Source: Eledone cirrhosa (Eukaryota). From it: a stretch of DNA of 64,000 bases. The notes under the pieces were generated by a model, which saw only the letters and a list, made by a program, of their open reading frames with translations, was not told where the DNA came from and ran no database searches. The stretch lies in assembly GCA_964016885.1 (NCBI GenBank), contig OZ024754.1, forward strand, positions 40,548,001 to 40,612,000, in the 5' to 3' direction. The position numbers and the translations under genes were made by a program. Below, in pieces: positions 1 through 12,812 of this stretch; the stretch's first letter is position 1; the number at the start of each line of letters is the position of its first letter.

Positions 1-376
1 TAGTATAAAAGTATAATACTTACAGTAATTAACAATTTGTACCATTGATCGCTAAAAAAAGAGAAAATAATATAATATAAAATCATGTTTGAAATATTTA
101 TAATACTTTAAATACCACAATATGTAAATACCACAATATGTAAATTAATTGAAACAAACATGAAGTGAGCAACTGATTATCAATGGAGTTGAATTTGATC
201 TGAAACTGTTTTGAAACTAAACTACTGTATATATATATATAATAATAATATTATTTATATTTATATCTACACTATATATAATTATAAACAGGAATGGTCA
301 GTAATTCATTACCACCTTATTACCAGTAAGAAAAATAGCTCAATGTAAAAACATCAGATGTTTTACAGAGCAGGAA

Positions 377-1084
377 TATAAATTACAGAATAATCAAAAC
401 TATGTTCAAAACATTTTATTGCTGACAATCATTTCTAACCAAACTTTCGTTTGGAAACATCGGAGCACTAGCAAAGTTTAGACATAATTAACCTCCTATT
501 CCACAGAATATTTAAAGAGTGAAGATGATGTGGTCAGTGGATGCGACAAAGATTATAAAAGAATAATACAACAATTATAGAGGAATTAAAGAAGAAAGTT
601 ACTCGTAAAACGAGGACCTTAGCAGTACATATGCAAATATATAGAAAGAGTGCAGATGTTTTAGGCATGTACAGAATAACCAGGTAAGAAACAAGCAATG
701 GTACTAAGCATATATATCACAGTATGGCAAAGGTATCACATAATACATGTGATATATATATGCTTAGTACCATTGCATATGTACTGCTAATGTCCTCATT
801 TTGCGAGTAACTTTCTTCTTTAATTCCTCTATAATTGTTGTATTATTCTTTTATAATCTTTGTCGCATCCACTGATACTGACCACATCATCTCCACTCTT
901 TAAATATGACACTGTTAATAACAACACTAACATCTACGTGTCTTTACATTGTTCTGTGGAATAGGAGGTTAATTATATGTCTAAACTTTGCTAGTGCTCC
1001 GATGTTTCCAAACGAAAGTTTGGAAGAAACGATTGTCAGCAATAAAATGTTTTGAACATAGTTTTGATTATTCTGTAATTTATA
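377..1084. repeat. ~700-bp imperfect inverted repeat (fold-back)
   Basis: 377-508 pairs with 951-1084, 508-637 with 773-907, 696-720 with 749-776. Confidence 0.9.
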
Positions 1085-1255
1085 TATATATATATATATA
1101 TGTTCAATTCTCAGACCGGGTGATGTGTTGTTTCCTTGAGCAAGACACTTTATTTCACATTGCTCCAGTTTACTCAGCTGTAGAAATGAGATGATAGGGA
1201 CTGGGGTCCCTATCATTCCACTGCAAAGTGGTCGTGGAGGTGCCACAGCAAAAAA

Positions 1256-1455
1256 NNNNNNNNNNNNNNNNNNNNNNNNNNNNNNNNNNNNNNNNNNNNN
1301 NNNNNNNNNNNNNNNNNNNNNNNNNNNNNNNNNNNNNNNNNNNNNNNNNNNNNNNNNNNNNNNNNNNNNNNNNNNNNNNNNNNNNNNNNNNNNNNNNNNN
1401 NNNNNNNNNNNNNNNNNNNNNNNNNNNNNNNNNNNNNNNNNNNNNNNNNNNNNNN
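1256..1455. other. Assembly gap (200 N)
   Basis: run of exactly 200 n. Confidence 1.
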
Positions 1456-1691
1456 TAAATTTTAACCCTTTAGCGTTTAAACCCATATCCGGCCAGAATT
1501 CTCTCACCTCTATCTGTTCAAACTGGCCTGTAACTACTCATACTGATGTTAAGGTATTGTTCTCGAAATAAATATCATCAAAATCTCATAGATTCAATAT
1601 TATGTGAGATAAATCCTTTTACTGTGAAATACAATAGTATATATAGAATAATGTGAATGCTAAGGGGTTAATATAAAGAGAGGCAAATTAC

Positions 1692-1805
1692 CAGTTTCTT
1701 GTTTTCAGGAGTATAGTAGTAAAATATCAGCTGGTGCTGGCTTTGGTTTGCCTGATTTGGTAAATTCTTTATAAACTGACCGAATAACCACTTCTCTTCT
1801 CCACC
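1692..1805 (-). CDS. MBD core exon (GWRREVVIRSVYKEFTKSGKPKPAPADI/YYYTPENKKL) with apparent +1 frameshift
   Basis: ttttcctatag acceptor, CTG|gtaatt donor; GWRRE and D-I-YYYxPxxKKL are MBD hallmarks; the frame is continuous only if one base of the A4 run at 1721-1724 is removed. Confidence 0.8.
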
Positions 1806-2534
1806 CTATAGGAAAACAACAGAGGGAAAAATAAAATGGGAAATTACGATTTCATGCATAACAGAAAAATAACTCCGACTGCTAAAATTAGCAGCCAATT
1901 CTCCAATGAATCATATCCTACTGTCATTACCATCAATATCATTGTTATATGTTTCTTATTCATGCTGGCATGGGTACGAACAGGTTGTCACGGTCTGAGA
2001 CCAAATGGGTTAGAACCAGGAAGTGTTCATACTTTCCATTTTGATATGATTTCTTAGGCTGGATGGCTTTTGCAGAGTGTACAGGGTGTATTTCATTGTG
2101 GTAGCAGTACTACCACTTTACAAAGTAACTGAGTATATTTTATCACAGCACCAGTACTACCATCTTACAGACTGTACTGGGCCCATTTTATCATTGCACC
2201 AGCTCTAACCCAGAGAAGACTGTATTGAGTGCATTTTATAGTAGCACTAGCACTTTACAGAGCGTACTAGGTGCATTTAATTGTGGAACCAGCTCTAACC
2301 CAAAGACTGTATTGGGTGCATTTTATAGTAACACTCACACTTTACAGAGCATTGAAGCAACTGGATGCTGTCTAATATATTGTGGGGTGTGCCTGGCTTC
2401 CCTAGGTGGCCTGAAATGGCACATTTACATACTGCTTAGGGCAAGTGATTGGGTGGGTGGTGTTTGTCATTTTGGGTTGTGCCTGGTTTTCCTAGAGAAT
2501 ATCTAAATAATAATATGAAAAGACAAGAACTTAC

Positions 2535-2591
2535 CTTGTTCAAAAGGAGCAAATAATTTTTCTGCATCAGCTTCTTTATATTTCTTTGCAG
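2535..2591 (-). CDS. MBD-domain protein, 57-nt exon (AAKKYKEADAEKLFAPFEQG)
   Basis: poly-T tract + tag acceptor, CAAG|gtaagt donor, phase 1-1; PFEQG|W matches the PLxxGW start of MBD domains. Confidence 0.85.
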
Positions 2592-2689
2592 CTAAAAAAA
2601 AAATAAATAAATAAAAAAAAAAAAAAAATAATAATAATAATAATAATAATAATAAAGAAAAGGAGAGGGGAAAAATTAAAAATTAACCA

Positions 2690-2940
2690 ATACCAGGATT
2701 TAAAGTGGGAGTTGAAAAGGATTTGGAACTGCCATGAGATCAAGGTCGTTCCGATTGTCATAGGAACACTAGGTACTATCTTAAAGAGTTTCCAAGGATG
2801 GTAAAAGAAGATTAGTCCAGCCCCGTTTTTTGGAACACTTCAAAAGGCATGCTTGCTAGGATCAGCAAGAACCCTCCGATACGTCCTGGATGTCTGAGGC
2901 TGCAGGTAGCAGCTTGATATTCATTTCAACAAACTTTCCA
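2690..2940 (+). mobile_element. R4/Dong-type (RLE) LINE 3' fragment
   Basis: YQDLKWELKRIWNCHEIKVVPIVIGTLG..LQKACLLGSARTLRYVL. Confidence 0.7.
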
Positions 2941-3299
2941 GTTAAATAACATCAATCTTTAAGTTAAATAACTCAAAGAACAATAATAATAATAATTTCA
3001 TTTATTGTCCACAAGGGCCTAATATAGTTTACATGAGACCTTGTGAAGTATACAGGCATAAACTTTAATCCAAATACACCCAGATCAATTTTTCCTGCCA
3101 TTCTTTTCTAAAACATTATTATGATCCTTAATTTGATATCTCAGTCATTGATGTTATTTAACCAGAAAATTTGACCTAATTACCCCTACTCCATCCTCCC
3201 ATTCTCACCAACACTACCCTTTCTCTGTAAAGTTATGTTGGTACCACAACATCCAGTCCAAACTAAAGAGGTTGTGTAGGTGTCACGACAAAAAAACAT

Positions 3300-3568
3300 G
3301 ATTTCTACAGCTGGATGCCCTTCCTAACACCAACCCCATTTATAGTGAGTGCTGGGTGCTTTTTTGCCGTGGCACCTCCACGACCACTTTGCAGTGGAAT
3401 GATAGGGACCCCAGTCCCTATCATCTCATTTCTACAGCTGAGTAAACTGGAGCAATGTGAAATAAAGTGTCTTGCTCAAGGAAACAACGCATCACCCGGC
3501 CTGAGAATTGAACTCACAACCTTTCGATTGCAAGGCCAATGCTCTAACCACTAAGCCATGTGCCTCCA
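3300..3568 (-). mobile_element. tRNA-derived SINE family A (tRNA head + conserved core + RTE-type tail)
   Basis: A box TGGCTTAGTGG, B box GAGTTCAATTC, core CCTTGAGCAAGACACTTTA, tail GGAAGGGCATCCAGCTGTAGAAA; other copies ~1101-1255(+), 20476-20788(-), 32725-33055(-), 45260-45440(+), 48820-49080(+), 52665-53004(-). Confidence 0.85.
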
Positions 3569-3601
3569 TAGAATATCTTTTAAAAAACAACCTGGACTTA
3601 C

Positions 3602-6600
3602 CTGGGCTTGAAGTTGTCATGGATGCTGCCGAAATATTTGATGCAAGTTTTAACATATCTTCAGTACTAATTTCTCCAGAAGAATCTGCATTTGAAAGTC
3701 GTTTAACCAATGATTTAGCTGCTTTGCCTTCAAATTCTATGTCAGAACCTGAACCAATGAGATCAAGAACATTAAACTTAATTTTTGGTTGTCTTTGAGA
3801 GCGCCTTGGTTCAGTCAATGAATAGCCAACTGTCCTAATGGGGGTGTCCCAGTCACTTTGTGTCATACTGCTGGAATCTCGTTTACCATCACTACTACTC
3901 ATTATACTTTTATCATTATATCCCTCATTTGGTGTAGTGTTGTTATAATTGCTCTCAACAGTGCTTACCATTGAAGAACTATCAGTATTTGGAGTAGTAA
4001 AGTCTTCGGCAATGAATTCTTGTTTGATCTGCTGTTGAAGTCCAACTTTATTTCCAACCAAGCTACTTGTTTCCTTTTCCACATCTACTTCCATAGAATC
4101 ATCTTTGGTCTTAGTCTCCGCCGATACGCCATCATTAGAAATATCTAACTGAGAACCATCAGAGAGTTCAACTTTTATGTTTTCCTTCAGTGAAGCAGTT
4201 TTTGACTGAACCTTGTCATCTTCAGCCACAGCTTGATCAAGACATATCTCTGTTGAACTGCATGTCTTACTTTCTGTAGGATTGGAATCTGTTTCTTTTA
4301 TAGTTGGATTCTGATTACTAGAATTACTAGAGCTAACAGCATTCACAGGATCATTTATGTTATCTACAGATAATTGGTTATCATTCTTCTTGTCATCTTC
4401 AGAGTTTTCCTTACTACTCATAATTCCTTGGCTTTTATTATCAGATTCATGCGAACTATTAGAAGCACTAACTGTTGTATTTTGAACAGCTTCGTTCTGC
4501 TTGACTGACTCACAAGAATTGCTGCATTCAACAACAGAATTAATATTAACATCATCATTATTATTGTTGTTGCTGTTGTTGTTATTTATATTGGTCTGAG
4601 ATTGTGAATTGTTTTTAGATTCCTTCTCAACATTAATGTCTTTTATAACATTTAATTCAGTTGATTGACTGATGCGCTGGGGACTGTCCCTGCCTTCAAC
4701 ATGTGCGACCTTATCTAAACATGTTGCTTCAGAAGTTGAAGGTAGTGGTACAGGGGCATCACCTGATGAAACCTCATGTTGAGATTTGTTAGAATCAAGT
4801 TCAGGAAGGGCAACACCTGAATTATTATCTGCTGAAGTAGATTGATCATCAGTTGATAAAGATTTTGTAGTTGATGTTAACAAAACGTCTCCACTTAACG
4901 AGCTCTCTTCAATTATCTTGTTTTCAGATGAAGAAGATACATTTCCGGCAGATGTTGTTGTTGTATCATTAGATGATGTCATCTTATCTTTTGACATTGA
5001 AGATTCATTACAACTGGATGGCAATTGTGGGTCTTTTTCTATAGATGCTGATGACTCCTCCGCTTTTGAAACTGGTGCTAATGCTACTGTCTTACCTGCT
5101 GTGGTTGTAGTATTATTGTGGGAAACAGATTTGACATCCGTGGTAGATGGCAGATTTACATTAGCAATGGAAGGAAAGGGTTGAGTATTATCTCCAACTA
5201 ACACAGTGGCCTTCTCACCTGACGTAGAAACAACCATAATACTTTCTTGTGACAAGGTTCTGTTACTGTCTGATGTCAAGTGAGGTGATTGAATTGGGGT
5301 GACATCTGATTTTGATAAAATAACATCCTTATTACAAGACAAGGTTGACTCACTAGGTACAACAATGAAATCCTTTCCTTCAGGTTTACTAACACTAGGG
5401 TATAAATCATCGTGAGCTGTTGCATCAATATCGCTCAACAAGCTACTTGTTGGTGTCATTGTAGAGGATTCACTGCATTCATTGTGTGCAGACATAGAAG
5501 TGCTGTGTAAGTATGCTACAGTTGAAGATTGTTTCATGAAGCTGCTATCAATTGTTGCATCACTCTGATCTGGCTTCAAGTTGTTGAAATTTGACAATAC
5601 AGAACTACTGGATATGGAAGGTAACTCCAGAGTATCTGGATTCATGGTTAAACTCGGAAGATTTGGTCCGATATTATTATTATTATTAGTAGTAGTAGTA
5701 ATAGTAGTATGGTCATTTGATACATATACACCAGAATAAGAAGCTGTAGTATTAGGATAATTTGAAAGAGAAGTAGCTTGAAATGGATTAGAGGTTGAAA
5801 TTGATGACAAACCCATGTGCTGCTGCTGCTGCTGGTAGCTATTTTGGGAGTGAATACCATTACCATCTGAAGAAATGGCAGGCAAGGGATTGTTTGAGGT
5901 ACTGGTGGTGTTATCTGAAGGATTTGATAAGGGGAGTTGAGAGACTGGCTGAACCTGAGGGTTATAGAAAATACTAGGAGTAGAAATAACTCCAGAAGTT
6001 CTTGGAATTGTCAAATGAATATCATGAGCAGCAAGGATATCACTTGCAGATGTTAGCAAGGGTGTTTGAGTTATGTATGGAGATATTTCTATTGGGCTAC
6101 CAGTTGATCGTGATGAGGCTGGAGATTGCTGCAGGGAACTGCTAGAACTGAGATTAACATTCAGTGACTGAGATGGAGATAACAGCGAACTAATGGGGAG
6201 CAATTTGTTGGAGGGTCTATTTAAGTTTCCTGAAAATGCTGACTGAGAGGTTAAATATTGTTGATTAGTAGATACCGGTACCGGGCCGCTGACAGTATTA
6301 ACTAAACTTATTGAACTATTGGCTGAACTAGCAGACATAGACACAACCTGGTTATCATTTAAACTGCCTGTAGGATAATTCAAAGACCTTAAACTAGCAG
6401 AAACAAGGTTTAAATCTTGTACTGTTGAATCTGCCAAGTTACTAGGATTAAAAGATGAAACAGGCTTATTAGGAAGATAACTTTCAACGTTGGTTTTATA
6501 AGGAAAATTAGATTCTCTCTGAAAACTTGGCTCAGCAGTAATAATGTTCTTGGTATTTTTATCGTCATTGTTTTCCGACTGACTCTTTGGAGACTGATAT

Positions 6601-6797
6601 AAGAAATTATCAGCAGTATTGGCTAATAAATGCATGTTGCATTCAGTAACTTGATTACCTGATGGTTTTGTATCCAACAGGGGAACTGTCTTGCTAATTT
6701 GCTCCATTGGTTCTTTATGTTCAGATTCTAATTCATTTCTACCTCCAGAATCGCAATGGTCAACTGTGTCCAAAACATTTTTGTTACAATTTTCCAT
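3602..6797 (-). CDS. MBD-domain protein, first coding exon (~1065 aa Ser/Thr/Asn-rich low-complexity region). Model: 6797-3602, 2591-2535, 1805-1692, 3' end not found in window
   Basis: 1121-codon ORF; acceptor ctatttcag|ATAG at 6818; ATG of MENCNKNV at 6797; donor CCAG|gtaagt at 3602/3601 (phase 1) splices in frame to the MBD exons. Confidence 0.85.
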
Positions 6798-7692
6798 GTT
6801 CAATTCATATACAGCTATCTGAAATAGGGTTAAAACATGGACATTCATTATCTTCATTTAACAACATCACATCATTAATTAAATAAATGATAAGCGCCTT
6901 TCATATGAAATGGAATAAAGAAGGAAAACTGTTGCTGTGTACTCAGAAAATATTGGGTATATTAAAACTGACAGAGATGTCAGACTGACAAACAAGCAGG
7001 ATTTCTCACATTTTCATTAGTAATTTGATATTTGAAACATTTCTTAAATAAATTATGATTAGGCTTTAATATAAGTTGAAGGAGGAAGATGTAGTTTGCT
7101 TGAAGCATTGTGTATGGTGTAGAAAAATATGAAATTTGAAGGCCACAACAATGTGAAATGGATGAACAATAAAATAAATAAGAACAGATAAATTAGTAAC
7201 ATCTTGCTTCTGTCCTTATTTTCTTGTTCATCCATTTCACATTGTCATGGCCTTCAAACTTCATATTTTTCTATAAGTAAGAACATTTTAAACTGCACTT
7301 CACCATGAGTGTGGTCCTTGAGCTAGTTTAGTCCTGGATAATGACAACCCATGACAACATGGAAAACACATCAGATGACAACAGTTTGGTCATGGTTAGC
7401 ATAGCACATCTTTGATCACAGGTCAGCTGAAACAGGACTGACCTGGGAGTAAACAAAAACGATTTTTAGATAGAAGACTGCCCTCTTTTCACTATTTTTT
7501 TTCTTTTATTCTTTTACCGGTTTCAGTCACTAGACTGTGGTTATGCTTGGGCACCACCTTAAAGGGATTTTTAAAAAAAACCTATCACCCCCAGTACTAA
7601 TTTCATTGATCTCTTTCAGTTGAATTGCTAAGTATCAAACACAAACGTGTGCATGTGTGTAAATATATATCTATATATACACACACATATAT

Positions 7693-7723
<31 letters not shown>

Positions 7724-7879
7724 CATATATAATGAATATGAAATATTCAAAAGAAATCAATCAAAGAAAGAGAAAGTAATATTGTTAAAGACTATGAATG
7801 AGAGGAGGGAAAGGATGAGGGTGATTAAATAATGAAAGAAATGGGGGAAGGTGAGAGGGTGACAGACTCTACACCTAAG

Positions 7880-8200
7880 TCAGAGCGGTGTTTCAGCTGC
7901 ACCCCACAGACAAAATGGCAAAGGCCTTGCTGCGGACACTGATCAGCAACACCTGCTATAACAGCCACCCCTTCTACGGGTCTCCTTCCTCAGACATTTT
8001 ACAGAGGAGGTCAGCTGTAGGGAGTCTGAGGAAACCTGAGGTCTCGATGGTGACTGGTGCAAAGAGAAAGCAGCTGGACAAGCCCCAGTATTTGCTCGTC
8101 TTCCTGTCCTCTGCATTGTGGGCCATGATACCGGGGTTTGTGGTAGAAGCAACTAGGTTGGAAGTGGAGAATGTGTTACAGCATGTTACGTCCTCAAATG
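7880..8200 (-). mobile_element. CRE-like (RLE) non-LTR retrotransposon fragment
   Basis: DVTCCNTFSTSNL..AHNAEDRKTSKY..LFAPVTIETSG. Confidence 0.6.
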
Positions 8201-10310
8201 GGAAAAAGACAATATATATGACGGGCTTCTGCAGTTTCCGTCTTCCAAATTTCACTCACAAAACAGTGACTATAGTAGCAGAGACTTCCTCAAAAGTTAC
8301 ATTCTGTGTGAGCAATCACAAAACATGTTTGCAAAACGAAACCCTTAATCACTCAGCCACACCTGGACCTATAACTGCATTCTCCCCCAACCCCATCACT
8401 TCTAACATACCTGTATTACTTCATTCTTATAAACGATGATTATATTAATGCATATACATACTTGCATGTATTTATAAACTCTGCATTAACCCTTTAACAT
8501 TTAAACAGGTCAAATCGGACCTAACTAACCACTCATACCAATGTTAAGGTATTGTTCTCAAAATAAATAATATCAAAATCTCATAGATTCGATATTATGT
8601 GAGGTTATATGTAAGATAAAGCCTTTACTGCGAAAATACAAAAGTGAATATAGAGTAATGTGAATGCTTAAAGGGTTAATTTAAATTTTAGTTGAAAACT
8701 AATTTTACAAACAATACGTTTTTACTAATTTTTGTTTTCATTCGTCCACTGCCAGGTAAAACCTACTGAAGCGTGAAGCAACTAGTCCTACTATAACACC
8801 TGCCTATTCTTTTTATTTTATCCGTCAAAGATAAAAAGCATAAATAAACAAATAAGAAAATAAAGGGATTTAAATTCTCCTTTTCCCACGTGGTGCAGAG
8901 CGGATATCATTTTTTTATATTTATTTCATTTTCTTTGTTTCACATTTCATAAAAAGTAATGATCGTTTTTTAATTGAGCAACAATACAAAGCCAGTAATT
9001 TGACTGGAAGAGGAGAGAGTCGATTAAGTCGACCCCAGTACGTTACTGGTACTTTATTTTATCAACCCCGTGAGGATGAAAAGCAAAGCTAATATTGGCG
9101 GGATTTGAACTCAGAAATAATAATAATGATTTCTATTATAGGCAGAAATAATAATACTAATAATACTGTTCTTTTATTATCCACAAAGGAGGTTGGAAAC
9201 AATGCAAGCACAATATACAGTAAAAAAAAAAACAGAAAAAAATGAGGGATTTACATCGACCCACTCACTCCCAAAACGACGGGTCAACAATAAAGACAAT
9301 AATAAATATCAATATAGAAAAAAAGACCCTCATAATGTGGGGACAAACACAGAGATTCGGTCCACTGCAAAACAATCCCAGATTCTCCAAATTCTTATCA
9401 CCGCCCTTAATACACAGCTAAAAGTAGCACCCATTAAGACACCAATGTCGTGTTACACACCCACTTTTTTTTTTTAATATTTATTAAAAGGGGACACACC
9501 TCCCTTTCTACAATTATTTTTACTCTTAAACTTGAAAGCTTGGGCCCTGAGAGGAAGAAAACCTGTCCTTAAACATTTCACTGCGATCTACCACCAGAAA
9601 ACTTTATCTCCCATATAAATACCCGAGGGAGACTACCCTATATTTTTTATGAAAGGTATGTCGGAAAGATTCGATCGATAGAAACGACCTGTCCCGCATA
9701 TAATATATATTATTGGCAATAATAATATTAACCGATCGATTTAGAAAGTAAAAATAATTTCCTTTATTACATTTTATGAAGAAATAATTCTAATAAACTT
9801 TATGAATAAAAGGGATGCAAACATTTTCAAAATATTGTTTTATTGTTCAGCAAAATTTGACGGGGGAACGTGTTAAAATACTTCATTGTGTTACCTTTTG
9901 TAATATTATAAACAAATTATACAGAATAGTGGTTAGGAATTAAGTCTTTTATCCTTCCAGGATCGCTAAAAAAAAGTATCAGTTAGTGTACTGGGATCGA
10001 TTTAATCGACTTTCCCCTTCCCTGCAAATTGTTGGCCTTGTATCAATGTCAGAATAAATATTATTATCAGTTCAAATCCCGCCAAGGTTAGCTTTACCTT
10101 TCATCCTTACGGAAGGGTCGATAAAATAAAGTACCAGTAATGCACTGAGGCAGATTAAACGACTTTCACCTTTCTCCTGCAATTTGCTGGTCTTGTATCA
10201 ATGTCAGAATTATTGTAACAATTACAACTACTATTTGAATACACTTAAGACATTTAGATACTAGACATACAAATAGCAATCGTGTTTTCTACTTAAAATT
10301 TGCTCAAGAC

Positions 10311-10354
<44 letters not shown>

Positions 10355-10609
10355 AATGCACCGTTATATATATATTATATATACACACACATAGATATAT
10401 ATATATATATATACACACACACATATATATATATATATATACACACAAATGCACCGTTATATATATATATTATATATACACACACATAGATATATATACA
10501 CATTATATATACACACACATATATATATATATATATATACACACACATATATATATATATATATACACAAATGCACCGTTATATATATATTATATATACA
10601 CACACATAG

Positions 10610-10654
<45 letters not shown>

Positions 10655-10972
10655 CACACACACATATATATATATGAGTGCATTTGTGAAAGGTAAAGAA
10701 TTAGCAAGAGAAAAAAAATCAATTTAGGGTCTTATGTATGAGCGCCATATAAGATGAGATGGTTGGCGGAGAAAGTGATGCGAGTCATCATTTCTCTTGT
10801 AAACAATAATAAAAGAAAGGATTAAATGAAGCAACTAATGTTTCGTGAATAAAACTAAATTATCATGTTAAAACCAAAACAAAGAAGCTATATATAAATA
10901 TATATAAGTTGAATAATGGTCTTACTGGTAATTTATAATAGTAACATTTTATCTATACGCAATCTCACCCAC

Positions 10973-11022
<50 letters not shown>

Positions 11023-11543
11023 ATGTGTGTGTGTGTGTGTATAATATATGGCGTACACGTTTGTTGTAATAAATTGTGTTAAATAATATTTTAGAAAGAA
11101 ATCTTCGAAAACAAGTGGTTTTTACAATGTTTATTATATCTATCTCTTTATAACACTCTCTCTAATTAACTAAATTAAAGTTTTAGAGGTGTTTTGTTAT
11201 ATTTTAATATAGAAATTAAGAAAGAGAAGACAAGAAAAGCCAGAGTTTCAAGCACTGCACCATTGTAAACAACAAGAAATGTGTCATCTATTGATGAAGA
11301 AGAAACGAGGTGAAGAAACAGCAATGTCAACGAGATAACAAATATGGATACGGGTAAAATTACGAGATGTTAATAAAAATAAAATATAAAACCAGATAAA
11401 ATAAGATACACCCCATGCCGGCTAACTAATGTTTTTTGGTCGATTGTTGTTGGAATTAACAGAAGCTATGTTAACAAGAATATCGTAGTGTAATCAGTTG
11501 AGGTATTAGTGTAAATAATAAGGTTGTGTATAGATATAATTAC

Positions 11544-11660
11544 CCCCGAATTGGATCTTCGAAGTATGTCGATGATATTAATGACAGTAACGTTAGAGAA
11601 ACATCATAAACAAAGGAAAATAACAATTTTCTGACACGCCATTATAATTCCGGTAAATCG
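11544..11660 (-). other. Putative non-coding first exon of the MBD gene, with a 12-codon uORF
   Basis: GGGG|gtaatt donor at 11544/11543; YY1-like AATGGCG at ~11637-11643; locally CpG-rich; uORF MACQKIVIFLCL*; 5' boundary approximate. Confidence 0.5.
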
Positions 11661-11690
11661 TAGTATCGTCCTGTCACGTGAGGCTCTGTC
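11637..11690. promoter_or_regulatory. Putative housekeeping-type promoter of the MBD gene (YY1-like CGCCATT, ETS-like TTCCGG, E-box GTCACGTGA)
   Basis: three recognisable motifs within ~50 bp in a CpG-richer patch. Confidence 0.45.
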
Positions 11691-11927
11691 ACGGTAGCAA
11701 TTACATACTATGGAATGCTAACAGTGATACAACATAATTTTTCTTTGTGAAATAAATTAACCTTACTTCTTTCTGATACCAAATCCGTCTGAAACCTCTC
11801 TCCCCCTGGTTCTACTTTTACGATACTCAGATATTCATTTTTTAATGTTTATATTTATCTATATAAATATCTCCTATCATAATTTTGTATTAGAACATTC
11901 ATTAAGTTATGTTCCAAACAACATTTT

Positions 11928-12320
11928 CGGGCTGCTAACTGCGAGATCCCTATCTTCACTGGCGGCTCGCCTAACAGAGGTAACTGGTGAAGTTCGTGAG
12001 GGCGCTTGGTTGTTCCAGCGCATCAGCCCCGCCATCACCTGATGCAACGCTGCAAGCGTGCTGGCTTGACTCGAAAATCATTAGAGAGGTTTCCCAGTGT
12101 TCCTTGCGATACTGTTATCTTTTACCCTAGTAGCAGCTCTGTTGTCCACCCCTTTCACCTGCTTTTTGTTGCATGTGGTCCCAGATGTGTGCTACCTGCT
12201 TATGTGTTTGTTGGTTTTCTCTTTGTTGGTTTCCCTTTCTTTTGTATATATTATATTTGTTTCTGTTTTCCTTCTGTAAGCATTATATTATTATATTTTT
12301 TTATACAACTGTGAATAAAA
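11928..12320 (+). mobile_element. CRE-like non-LTR 3' fragment in the divergent promoter region
   Basis: LAARLTEVTGEVREGAWLFQRISPAIT*CNAASVLA (cf. LFQRLSxAIQRGNAASVL), then a 3' UTR with AATAAA. Confidence 0.6.
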
Positions 12321-12534
12321 TAATTTCATTCATTTATCTAGCTTATGTTCCATATTTAGCATAGTTTCTACTAGATACCCACCTTAATGCCAACCACTTT
12401 ACAGAGTGTACTTGGTGCATTTTTTGTGACAACCTGCACTATCACTTTACAGCTTGGACTGGATGCATTTTGTTTTGGAACCAACACTAACACTTTACAA
12501 GATGTATTAAGTGCATTTTATCATTGCATCAGCC

Positions 12535-12812
12535 CTCGAGATGTTGTCACATGCTAGACCAGGCGAAAGAGTCCTCTCAAACCCTACAATATCTTTGGCA
12601 CCAACACTAGAGATGTTGTCACATGCTAGACCAGGCGAAAGAGTCCTCTAAAACCCTACAATATCTCTGACACCAGCCCCCAAGATGTTGTCACATGATA
12701 GACCAGACTGAAGAATCCTCTCAAACCCTACAATATCTCTGACACCAGCCCTCAAGATGTTGTTACACGCTAGACCAGACTAAAGAAGATTCATTTCAAA
12801 CCCTACAATATC
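12535..12812. repeat. ~72-bp tandem repeat, ~4 copies
   Basis: AGATGTTGTCACATGCTAGACCAG..AACCCTACAATATC recurring. Confidence 0.85.

Noticed and set aside
944-1571. ORFs spanning the N run
   Set aside because: Open only because of the assembly gap
3315-3554. Recurrent 79-aa ORF MPFLTPT.. (also at 32807 and 52751)
   Set aside because: Antisense reading of SINE family A, not a gene family
3495-3568. tRNA gene
   Set aside because: It is the tRNA-derived SINE head: no proper acceptor stem, and it continues into SINE core in every copy
7888-8439. 183-aa plus-strand ORF
   Set aside because: Antisense to a CRE-like retrotransposon fragment
9190-9700. Possible L1/Tx1 LINE 3' fragment or 94-aa ORF
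   Set aside because: Too degenerate to support either call by eye
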